A stretch of 63,928 nt of DNA, filler included, from Hyphochytrium catenoides (lineage: Eukaryota > Protista > Hyphochytriomycota), in the NCBI GenBank assembly GCA_900088475.1. It is 6 parts of 6 records of this genome, joined end to end, with 100 filler letters (N's around TTAATTAATTAA, not from the genome) between each part and the next. Parts side by side here need not be neighbours in the genome. Positions count along the whole stretch, not along the records: positions 33,687 to 50,007 come from FLMG01002615.1; 5 more parts are not named here. One strand, given 5' to 3'. Shown here one piece after another: positions 37,607-48,645 of the stretch; the first letter of the stretch is position 1, and every line of letters starts with the position of its first letter. Below the pieces are notes generated by a model. The model did not search any database. It saw only the letters and a list, made by a program, of their open reading frames with translations, and was not told the DNA's origin. The position numbers were made by a program, and so were the translations under genes.

Positions 37607-38247
37607 TCAGTTCTCCATGCTTATCTTTATGCTCTCGCTGACTGTTCCCTTGTTCTTGCAGTGTCTCTCCAGCCACGTGAGTGTCTCCCAGTGGGCGTGC
37701 AGCACGCTCTCTCTGGCTCTATAGCCATGACCCTCTCGAGGGAGAAGGACCAGACGTGAGGGACAGCTGCCAAGACCTTTGAGAGCCGCGTAGAAGCGCT
37801 CAGACTGCTCAGGATATGTCCCTGCACGAAGAGAAAGGTAGTCGCAGCGGCGATCAGAGTTAGAAAGAAAAAGAGAAGTCAGGATTTCCAAGAGGAGAAA
37901 GAGAAGGAGTTTCCGTCCTCTCCAAAGATTCACTCGCAGGAGAGAGAAGATAAGAGAATGTAGAAAGATAGAAGAGGAGAAGAGAAGGAGTGCAACTCTT
38001 TCTCACCAGAGTTTTCATCCTCTGCGCCATGGATGAGCAGCAGAGGGGCGCTTATTTTATCAGCATGGGCGAAGGGAGACATGTCCAGATATACAGAGCG
38101 AGCGTCCCAGAAAGTTCTTTCCTCTGCAGACAATAAAGAAACGAGTTGGACAACAGATGAGAGTCATCGAGAGAAAAGGACGCAAAGCTCAATGAGAGAG
38201 AGAGAGGAGAGAGACAAAACCACTTGTTAGATGGGGATAGGGACAGC

Positions 38248-38283
<36 letters not shown>

Positions 38284-39195
38284 CGAGACAGAGAGAGAGA
38301 GAGAGAGCAAGGACAGTGGAAGCCCCTACCAAGCTGGAAGCCGAAGGGAGTAAGCGTCCGGTTGTACGCCCCACTGCGTGCGACTCCGCAACAGAAGAGA
38401 GAGGAATGCGCCATGAGATTGGCTGTCATGAAAGCGCCTGGAAAAAGGGAAGAGAGACATGAACTGTTAGACAGAGATAAAGGAGGAGCATTGGACATGT
38501 GGTGTGCTTATAGAGAGAGAGAGAGAGAGAGAGAGAGCGACCGTAATCTACAAGCTAGACTGAGACGCAGGCGCAGACTCAGCGTCGGACTGTCTCCAAA
38601 GAGAGAGACACAGCAACGGATCAATATCACCGAGAGAGAAGTCCCTGTCCTTCTTCCTCGGACTACGTCTCACCATAGCTGTGACCTGCGGCGGCCACTC
38701 TGGTCCGGTCGGTTATTCCTCTCTCCACCGCGTAGTCAATGGCCGCGGCGGCGCTGGCCACCAGCTGCTGAATGAAAGAATCATTGGGCTCGGCATCTCC
38801 CTCACCTGAGGAGAGAGAAAAATAAGCGGGTGAAGACCGTTGCTCTCCCTTCTCTCTCACCTTGTTTTCTCCCCCTTTTTTCTCTCTCTCTCTCCGTCTC
38901 TCTCCGACTTGATTGTTTTTTGTCTCTCGTACACTGTCTCTCTCCCTCTCTCTTCCATCTCTTTGCTGTCTGTTGTCCATCTCTAGGGATCTTTCGTTCT
39001 CTTTTTCCTTTCTTTCACTCTCCTATTCTCTCTCAGGAGGGGTGCTTCTGACGCTTTTGGTTCTTTCTAGATTTACACTTTGAGCTTACCGACGATCGGC
39101 ATCGCGGGTCCAAAGATCACAGCGTAGCCCTCAGCCAGGAGGACAAGAGGAGAGAGAGCCGTGATGCCAATAAACCGATGAGGAGACTCCCGCAC
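37607..39195 (-). CDS. S9 family serine peptidase (glutamyl-endopeptidase/GEP-like) catalytic domain; 5' part not found
   Basis: Exons give VRESPHRFIGI...GPAMPIVG|EGDAEPNDSFIQQLVASA...AGHSYG|AFMTANL...ARSGAYNRTLTPFGFQ|...LLLIHGAEDENSG|TYPEQSERFY...LPREGHGYRARES. The Ser-Asp-His triad is intact. Confidence 0.85.
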
Positions 39196-39751
39196 CTAGG
39201 AGTCCAAAGAGAGAGAGAGAGGAAGAGAGATATATATTAGTAGCGACAGCTTTCGGAAAGGCCGTGGCTCGCATCAGACAGAGCTTGTCCCTGCTCTCCT
39301 CCTCTCCCTCCTTGGCCTCCGTCTCTATGTCTTTCCTCATCATGCACCAGCTTGACTTGCTATCTCTCGCTCTTTTTTCTACGGGCACACAGGTGCTTCC
39401 TCGCTCACTCTGTATCCTCCAGCTCTCATCTGATGAAGGACAGAGCCCACAGGCCGCACTCTCCGTAATCTGACGACGCTCTGAAGTCTGAAGTGCACTG
39501 AAAGCTCTCCGCTGTGAAGGCTAAGGACTGACTGCGAAGCCGAAGCTTGGACTAACTCACTCTGACGCGTGAAGTCACCGTCACTCCGGTGAGTCGAAGC
39601 AGTCATTTCACCAGCAACGAGAGTTAGCCGGCGCTGAGAACAGCCTGAAACTGGTCTTTGCCAAGTACGTGGAAGGCTGCGAGTGATCAGAAGAAGAGGA
39701 CTGACTACCTGTTGCTATCTAGGGACTTCGGTTATAACCTAAGAAAAAACC

Positions 39752-40126
39752 ATGGCCAATGCTCCCTCATCATCCGCTGGCGGCGTGGTCAACCCAAAGT
39801 ATAAGAGAATCCCTCTTTCCGCCACTGGCTACACCTCCTTCGAAGACTTCTATCCCTTCTACCTAGGCGAGCATGCCAACATCATCTGCAGACGTCTGCA
39901 CGTCGTCGGGACCACTCTCTGCGCCGGGCTTCTATCTTATGCCCTTGCGTCTCAGCGACCCTCCCTGATGCTCTATTTGCCCCTGATTGGGTATGGGTTT
40001 GCATGGGTGGGACACTTCTTCTTCGAGAAGAACAAGCCTGCGACCTTCAAGCACCCTCTGTACTCTCTGCGTGGAGACGTGCGCATGTGGTGGGAGATTG
40101 TGGTCACTCGCCAGCGGGCATTCTAA
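39752..40126 (+). CDS. DUF962 / Mpo1-like small membrane protein, intronless
   Basis: SFEDFYPFYLGEH..CRRLHVVGT and GYGFAWVGHFFFEKNKPATFKHPLYSLRGD are family signatures. Confidence 0.9.
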   Translation: MANAPSSSAGGVVNPKYKRIPLSATGYTSFEDFYPFYLGEHANIICRRLHVVGTTLCAGLLSYALASQRPSLMLYLPLIGYGFAWVGHFFFEKNKPATFKHPLYSLRGDVRMWWEIVVTRQRAF

Positions 40127-40460
40127 GCAGGGCACCATGAAGGCGGGAACTGGCACTACGGGAGGAGTCCGGCACAGGAGAAAGACGTTTAATGTCGGCC
40201 AGTGAGGTCAGGTGTAATGTGTATAGCTGTAAATAATTGTGTCTGAGCGTAAGGCCGGCCGCTATAAGCTCTAAATATCAGCTCATTTTGCGCTCGTTTT
40301 GCTGGCATCAGTTGTCTCCCGATCCTATCCTAAAGAATTGATCATGTCTTCACGCAGTAAGAACAGGCAAACTTCCTTCTCTATCGCTTCCAGTGGTCAA
40401 TCGGCTATTCTGGTCTCGCATGCCGCTCCACCAAGTGCACTGATCCGCCGCTGAGCGTCT

Positions 40461-43400
40461 TTAACAGTGCATTCCGTTTAGCTCCAATTTCTCCAGATAG
40501 AGCTCCTTCCGATTGATTAGGGTCAAACCCCCAGCATCGAAGACCTGCCGCACAGCTACGGTCGCTGTGAAAGTTTCCTTAAGGCCAGTGGAAGCTACAT
40601 CTAGGAGAAGCGAGCTCAAGCCCTGGATAAGGTACGACGAGGAGAGTGATGAGGGAAAGGACCTCTCTCCTCCTCTTCTACAGCTGAGTTCAGCTGCATC
40701 TCTCATGAGAGCCTCTGCTGAAGTATCAAAGAAGAATGCCGAAGAAGCATCGTTGTTGGACACTATGAGATCACAGAGCTCGCCCACCTAATGCACAAGC
40801 GAAGGACATTAGAGAGAGTGGCAACCAACACTTATATCTACTTCTCAAACATAGAAGACTTCCTCTAAGAAGGTAAACGCCAGAAATCCCATAGAGTCTG
40901 TAGGTGAAAACCTTCCAGGTTCACTTCGAAGAGAGGTACAGATACCGACACTTTGGTGTCTAGCAGTACACTTCTCGCCGTCGGTAATGAAGGCACGGCA
41001 GCCCGCAAAAGAAAAGTCATGAGAAGTGGCTGGTTGCAGGAGAAGTGTCAAAACTATGATGGCCCGTACCTCATCCTTGAACTTCAGCACGAAAGGTCGG
41101 TACATCCAGCGGTGATTTGAAGCTTGGGCTCGTTGCAGGGCTCCCACTGTGGAGATATCAAAAACTATGTGGCAGAAAGGACACCGAAAGAGAGTCCTCT
41201 CTGCTTGGTCTCCTCCTAACTTTTCCTGTTGGCCAGGTAGATGTCGCTGATCTTCAGTTGCCTTGCCTAACTGTAAGCGCGGTTGTCTCTCTTCTCGAGA
41301 GCAGGAAGGTATCACTAGCGAAAGAATCAGTCCCGAGGCTCCCCAAAGGCTTCTGCACAGCAGAGCCAAGAACTTTAGTCGAGAAGAGAGCGTTGTCGGA
41401 GAAGAACGTTCCCAAATTGAGAACCGGAAGATAGGAAGGGCCGCCGTTCATACCTGCACTGCTTCCTCTCCTAACACTCCTACCATCCTTCAAGTTATCT
41501 GTATCTCTCTCTCTCTCACGAAGTCAACACGAATTACCTAGAATGGGGTAAGACCAGGCCTATTATGTGGCCTTTCACTTGGGCCGCGCCAGCCCATCGT
41601 CTGGTTTCCGTGCGAAGTGAACGAAGTGGCCGTGGGGAGGACTTGCGCCAGTTCTGCAGAAAGGCCTGCCCAGCTTCTGAGTGTCCATCCAATGGCTGAA
41701 AGGAGGAATGCTTCGTAGTATTCAACACGAGGCAGTCAAGATGAGGGCTATACCTATACACGCGATAGACATCAAGACACACACAAAATTGTTTAGCAAA
41801 TCCCGTCAAGGGGACTGTAGACAATGAACAAGGCGAGAAGAAGATAAACAAGAAAGATCAAGACAGGGAACTCGCTGAGGGAGGAACACGCCGACCATTA
41901 CTTAGTGGGAACACAGTGCTCTTATAGTTTTCATAGAGTTCAAGACACAGGCAGGAAACTGGACAAACAGAAAATCACGGCTTTAGACTCTAGACACTTC
42001 TTGTTAGCACCAGGGAGGAAGAAGTAAGTTGGGACGCAATATCACACGACGACTTCGGTGGATTTTGGGGGACAACCGAGGGTGTATGAAGGATACAAGA
42101 TCCCATGACCAAGCGATTGCGCCTAATACTAAGGGCAATCGAAGACATGGAGAAGAGTGGGAGGGAGTTTAGAGCACTGAACTCACCTAGCCATGACATT
42201 TCGAACCTCAAAGACAGTAGTTCCACTCCCATTCATTAGCCCGTCAAGGAAGGACGGCATTGCGAAGTGATCCCAAAGCTGCAGCACCAATGAAATTGCT
42301 CTTTCGTCGGAGAGGATAGCATACGCCGTTGGCTGGTTGTCTGCAAGGGATAGTCCATGACGAAGGGAAAAGTCATCAAACGGTAAGTTCATTAGGTTCG
42401 CTAGCCCTAAAAGGGCGAAATGAGGCATTCTGGGATGTAAGAAGGGATTCAGAGCTAAGAGTAATCCGCCATAGCCAACAAAATCAGGAGAGCGCAGGCC
42501 GCCAGGCTAATGCGGCAGAAAGTGTTTCCCCTAAGAAGTCGTGGAGGCCTAGGCAAGGGAGTTGTCCCGCCAGCCATAAATGTTATCTTACTGCGGTACT
42601 TCAGCTTCCTTCCAGGAAAGATGGACATCAACTTCGCTTTGATGTTCACGAACGAGAAGTCCGTCACTTCCCTTAGCCTTACAAACTCCTTCCGTTCCAG
42701 TTCCGAGCGGTGCTGTCTCACCTGATTGAGAACAGCTGCCGAAGAAAGGAGGGAGGAATGTTCTCGACGGACCCAAAGTATAAAGGCCTCAAGTTGGGCT
42801 TGAAGGGAGAAAAGTGCTGCAGGAAGGGAATAGAGAAGGGTGTTCTCTCTCCACATAGGGAAAACGTGGGACGAGGAAGTGGTGGATGCGCCTTGTCTTC
42901 CGTTATATGCGCTAGGGGCGACCCTACCACATGAGATAGATGAGACTTCAGATCGAGGAACTTTGAGATAGAAAGGGCAACTAAAGAGGGAAAGTTGGAG
43001 ACAGAAGAGACCGATCATTCATCTCTAGATAGAAAGGTGATACGGTGGTGGCGCCATAGGGTAGAGCACAGACGCAAAGGGAGGGGCGATGGGAAGAAGC
43101 CTAAGGATACCTGGTCAGGAGGACGACATCCGCAAATTGAACTTTTCTGCCTGCAATCCACTGACAGCGTTCGTCCCACAGGGAGACCGGGAAGAACGAG
43201 TAAGACTGGTCTGCAATCAGAATATCACAGACCTGGCTTGTGTTGCCATCCTTTCGTTGGACCTGCGGACAGCCGCAGCAACGCCGGAGTGCAACATGAT
43301 CAATACTCCTCTCTGAGTTCATGACAACGACCAACAGTTCAGCCGTAAAAGCAGGCAGAGCGGACTTTGGAGGCATTGAAGACGGCAGGTAGGTGGGCAT

Positions 43401-44120
43401 GGACAGGAAGAGAGAGCGCCGATGAAGGGTGCCGATCGCGAGAGCTTAAAAATCGTCTCGGGAGTTGCACCTGGCTTGGTGGCAGAGTATGGGAAAGAAG
43501 AGAGGCGGAATGGAGAAGAGCGAGAGAGCGGCTCAGGAGGGCTGATCTTACACCTTTCTGACGCCTAGGATATCCTGGACGAGACAGAGAACGTCGAAGA
43601 GCTTCTTTGCCGGAGCTTTCCCTCCTCCAGAACTTGAAGCTCCCGCAACTTCAGCGAGTGAGGAGACTGCTTGAAGGGAAGTTAGGACTGAAGGAGGGAC
43701 AGGTTGTGGCTGGTGCTTTTTGGCGTCTTGGTTCAGAGCGTCAGTACTCAGAGGTCCCACTTTTCCAGGCTGAGTTGATGAATCTTCTGATAATGCATGC
43801 CACGGAGTCTCATTTTGACCCCAGAAGACCTGGCTCATAGAGTGGTTGCCCTCATACTCGAGCGCGATGGCCTCATCTAGCCGCTCACTTTTATCATAAG
43901 ACGAAGCGAGAGGCGCGGAAAAGGAGCTTGCCAAGGGAGGGTGCGCCTTCTGCTTCCCATGTCCAGTCTCGGGAGTCATCCTTTGGGATCGCTGATGTGC
44001 GAGATCGCCTCTGAAAGAAGAGGCAGAGACGGACAGGGTGTTAGCGGCCACGTTTAATATGAAGCCCAGCGCTGAACGAGAGAACATGGGATACCGTTGC
44101 CAGCGCTGATCATGGGCTTG
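40461..44120 (-). CDS. Multi-OB-fold ssDNA-binding protein resembling shieldin subunit SHLD2 (RPA1-like architecture); 5' end uncertain
   Basis: Disordered N-terminus, then OB1 FDVLCLVQDILGVRK|VQRKDGNTSQVCDILIADQS..FPVSLWDE...FADVVLLT; OB2 ...LVLQLWD...VFEVRNV...LDCLVLNTTKHSSFQPL; OB3 with CPFC and WMYRPFVLKFKD. Confidence 0.55.
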
Positions 44121-47100
44121 CTAGGAGTGGACAGGGACGGCCGACCTTGTGATACCTGCCGCCAGAGAACACAGAACACAACGAGAAGAAGATTGGCATT
44201 GAGGCTAAGGGCACAGCAAATGCTAAGAAAGAGACATGAGGCAAGGCCAATCCTGTCAGACTGCTAGACAGTGTGGACCTTGGAGGACGAGGGCAAGCGG
44301 AGGATGCAATCACGCTTCTCATAACCGCGACGGTAGGCCTTGTACGAGTAATAAGGCCCTAGAACCGAGATCATCAAGCGACGATCAACATCATCAGAAA
44401 AGCTGTTCCCATCTCTTCCATCGCATCCCTCTTCAGAGAGCCGGTACCCGCTACCTCTTCGTCCTAACGTCGCGGTGAGCCTCCTTCTGATGCTTCTTCA
44501 TCCAAGAGTCAGTGCTTACTAAGGAGCAAGGCAACGCCAAGCACTGGGAATGAGACTAAGCGCAAGGACAGCGCAGCCATGCCCGCACCACTAGCCGTAC
44601 GTGAATCTCAGTTGGAATCTAGACGTGCTGTTGCGGTCCATGAGAGCGACATCTAATGCTTTTAGGGAGGAGGAAGAGCAGTCAGCGGGCAGCCGGCAGA
44701 TATTGCCTCTCAGGAAGACCGCCCATCTTCGTCATAAGCACTCCCGACTCCTGCACCTGCCTCAGAAGATTGCTCAGCCAAGCCTGTACTTTGCCAAGGG
44801 AAGGAGCTGCTTTCATCAGCTACTATTCTGATGATGGTCCTACTCCTAGCGAGCCTACCACTAATTATGATTCTAGAGCAACTTGCTTGGCAAGTGCCAC
44901 GATGGATAAGATTGGCTAACAATGCTCACCGAGTCCGTCAGCTTATTCTATTCGAAGCTTTGAAGAGACCTTGCTATGTATGTAGACGCTATCTGATAGC
45001 TTTGCCAAGGCTGTCAAGGGAAAGCTTGATGTCTAAGGCAGAAGTCTCTCATTCAGTCCTCTCAGACTCTCGCCCATCCACCGTTAACAATACATCCGCT
45101 TTCTCAGCCTCCTTGATCTCCATGTGCCTCCTCCCGTCTCCTTTAAGCAGCGGGAGTCCTTTTATGAAGAACATCCTAAGGCAAGACCGCCTAATGCCGC
45201 TTCCTTTCACAAAGCAAGTAGGACCCGTCACCCCAACGCTGAGGGATCGATGGCAGCACTATGAAGCTTGTCCTCCCAAAGGCAGGAGCAAGTCCCTCAC
45301 GCCATCGGTTTGACGATAAAGGAGGAAGATTAAGCCATGAGTGGCTCTCCTCCATGTCCCCGACATGCGGCGTGAAGCATAAATAGTATCGTCTCAAGGA
45401 CAGCAGGTGATAGCAGCCCTTGTAAAGAACAAGAAGAAAGACGAAGGCGGATCAGTTGAGCCGGAACATCAGCACACCACTATAGATCCTCTCAAAATAC
45501 GGAGCACACCCTCAACAGACTATCAAGTACACTGGAGGTCTGGCCAGGTTTCTTTGCTTTGGCGTCGTTCTTCTGGCGGCAACCAGCAGTACGGATAGAA
45601 GGCATGCAAGTAGATCGAAGAAGATCCATGCTGCAGAAGCTCTCACTAAACAGAAGAAGACAGGGCTCCAGAAGTCCGTGGAAGATGATAAAGATAGTGG
45701 GTAAGGGGTAAGGGACACTGACGACGAACTTTCTTTTTTGTCAACCAAAGAGAGAGAGATAGTTCTGCAGTTGCGGCGGGGTGAAGTCTTCAGGACCTGA
45801 TACTTCGAAACGTCTCTCTAGCCTGTCCAAGCTGTCTTACTTAGAAGCACAGCATCGTCGCCCGGTTTGGGGAGAAGAGGTCGAAGCTGAGATTGATAAT
45901 CTCTCATAGCAGTTCAACTTTTCTCAAAAAACTCTGTCTGACGAAGATGTCCTTCAGCTTCGAAGAGGAGTAGATAGGGGAGAGGAGAGAGAACAATCTT
46001 GCGACAGCCTAGAGAGTTCTATCTCTTTTGCTGGGAACAACGCGCCCTCCCTTCTTCTCCTCTTGCGAGCTTCTTCTTCATGACCTTCTTCCTCGCTAAG
46101 GTGTCTGGCCTTGGTCTTTCCCCTTCATCAGAAGATCTACACTCTCCTCTCTCTTTCCCCTTGTTCTGAAGGTCTGGTACACTCTTCTTCCTTCTCTTTC
46201 TCTTGTGCTTGGAGACACATTCTTCTCTCTCTTCCTGTCATTCCCATCACCCCGTCTTCTCTTCTATGAAGTGGGTCTTCCTTCCTTCCTTCCTTGCTTG
46301 GTCTAAGATGACTAACTCTCTGGCTCTTTCTCGTCCTCCACTTTCGCTTATGGCTGATGGTGTATGGGTCCACAGCGAAGCCTAACCTAGCACTAGATAC
46401 CTAAATTAGGGTAAGTGGACCGAGAATACTAACCTTGTCTTGAACTTTAATTAACCAGNNNNNNNNNNNNNNNNNNNNNNNNNNNNNNNNNNNNNNNNNN
46501 NNNNNNNNNNNNTCTCTCTCTCTCTCTCTCTCTCTCTCCCTCTCTCTCTGCAAAACAAAGGAAACGAAGCCAGTGATCGCGAAGCGCAGCAGGAGGCGGT
46601 CACAAGAATAGCAGCCGCAGGAGAAGAAGATTGCGACATCTCGATGCTTATAATATCTCAACGTTTCCATTCCAAGTGACAGCGTAAAAGCTTAGCCTCA
46701 TTAGTCGTGTCAGTCGACTGCTTCCCTCGGTCTTAGATCGCGGGCGCTTTGAGAGAAAGAGAAGCAGAGATATCTTCTTCCATCCCACGATCCTTGAATA
46801 TAAGAACTAGCATCACCACCACGTCGTGACCTGTGAGTGCCGACTGAAGTTGGCTCATGGCAGTCTGACTGGTCGTCTACATTCCGTTTCTAAGGCCGTC
46901 TATGGCCTTAGTAAGTACTAACACGACGGTAAAAAGCCAAGGGAGGGCACCATCCGCAAAGCACCTCGCTTTCTTCTTCCCATTTATCAAAAGTTAGAGA
47001 AAGTGCCACGGCATCTAATAGCAGTACTTCAGTCGTCTTCCTCTAGCTTGCTATTTTGGCAGCTTTCATTCTCGACCGCCACTGAACCGAGAGTGCACCA

Positions 47101-47302
47101 TTGATGACATCTACGCCTCCGTAGAGGGTTAACTCTAAGCATATTCGCCTGCATTTATCATTCAGCTCTATCAGCATCCGTCACATTTGTGAATGTGACA
47201 GTACGCCGTGGCTAATCTCTGTTGCTCTAGACAAGCCTAGCAGTCTGTCTCTAAGCTCTTTATCATCCTTGTCTCTAAGCCCTCTATCGCCCATAGAGAA
47301 CG

Positions 47303-47983
47303 ATGATAGGACAACTGGGCACCACTCTCTTCTCAGTACTAATTGGCTCAATTATTCTCTTTGGCGAGGGAGGAACTGCCCGTCGACTGTTCGGATCTGA
47401 GAGCGACGGCTTCGAACCCCACACAACCGAACCTGGCACTGTGCATGTGTTACGCCGCGCAATAGAGTACCACGGGTTGCTCAGGATACCACGAGATATC
47501 CTTATCCAGGAGTATAGCATCACGCTGAGTGGCAGTGACTACGGGACCTTCCAGCAGTACTATGGGAAGTGTATTGACCTTCTGCCGCCGAAGGGCCCAC
47601 CTTCTCCAGAAGGCACATGCAAGGAGCACTCAGAGCTCCCAAGAAGACGACCAGGAGGTGGAGCGGAGGGGGATTATCGAGTGTCCTTCGACTTGCCATT
47701 TGCCAAGGAAGGTGACCGCATTACATTCTACGAGCGACATCATTGTCAGCACGATTCATTGGCGCTATTGGCCCAGCCGCCGATGAATAGGGAGGCGCAG
47801 ATAACAGAGAAACAGGATTTTAGCGAGTTCCGATCAATTAGCTCCTTCAGGATAATGCCCTCCGCCTCTACGAATGAAGAGGAGGAGGCGACCATTCTGA
47901 CAACGTCTCCACGAGCGTGTGAAGGGGACGTAACATGTTCTTCTATGTCTGGCTACACTGCCATGAACGTGAAGTCTTGCTAG
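47303..47983 (+). CDS. Hypothetical secreted protein, 226 aa, possible beta/gamma-crystallin-like motif
   Basis: Long non-repetitive ATG ORF with a hydrophobic leader and several Cys; RITFYERHHC...DFSEFRSISSFRI resembles a crystallin Greek-key pattern. Confidence 0.5.
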   Translation: MIGQLGTTLFSVLIGSIILFGEGGTARRLFGSESDGFEPHTTEPGTVHVLRRAIEYHGLLRIPRDILIQEYSITLSGSDYGTFQQYYGKCIDLLPPKGPPSPEGTCKEHSELPRRRPGGGAEGDYRVSFDLPFAKEGDRITFYERHHCQHDSLALLAQPPMNREAQITEKQDFSEFRSISSFRIMPSASTNEEEEATILTTSPRACEGDVTCSSMSGYTAMNVKSC

Positions 47984-48549
47984 TGAGCCTCATCTTCTTG
48001 GCTGCTAGCTCTCTGCGCTGTAACTGTCCCGCACTCCCTCTGCACAGCGGTGACAATGGCTCTGCGGCCGTGGTCGCCGCAACGTCTTCTAAACAGGGAC
48101 TATAGAGTTCACAGGATTAATAGAGTATTTAAGATAATAGATAAACCACGTACATGCAGCGATAAAGAAATGCGATGAGGTCGCGTTCCTCTTCTTCTTA
48201 TCCATTTTTGACGTGCCTATGGCTTCCGCCTCGTCTCCAATTGTGAGTTGCATTGCGCTATCTATCTTTTGCCTGAGTGAACGTAGGTCCCGTCTCGCTG
48301 TGTGAAGTTCCACTACCTTTGCGTGTGCTATCGCTCAGACCAAAGATATTGAGAGAATGATGAATGGCGGGGGAACGTAGGGCAAACGTTCCTGAAGAAA
48401 ATGAGCTAACGGCTCACTTGCATCGGCCACACCATTGATAGAGCGGCGGGTATAGCCTACTTGCCAATAGTGGTCGAATGTAGCAGCGCTTCCTCCCGCC
48501 AACCAACTAAAGAAGACTAAGCACCGAGAAGTGATCAGAAAATGTCTTC

Positions 48550-48645
48550 CATCGTGGCTTGTACTGACCTCGTACCATGGAAGGCTCTGTGGAGCAGTAC
48601 TGCCGTCGTGGCTAGTACTGACCGCGTACCATGGGAGGCTCTGCT
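48550..48645. repeat. 54-bp period tandem duplication
   Basis: TCGTGGCT.GTACTGACC.CGTACCATGG.AGGCTCTG occurs twice, 54 nt apart. Confidence 0.85.

Noticed and set aside
39752-40126. Recent bacterial horizontal transfer of the DUF962 gene
   Set aside because: The family also occurs in eukaryotes; being short and intronless is not enough without a phylogeny.
44500-46400. Protein-coding gene
   Set aside because: Short stop-interrupted ORFs on both strands, with no recognisable family or coherent splice structure.
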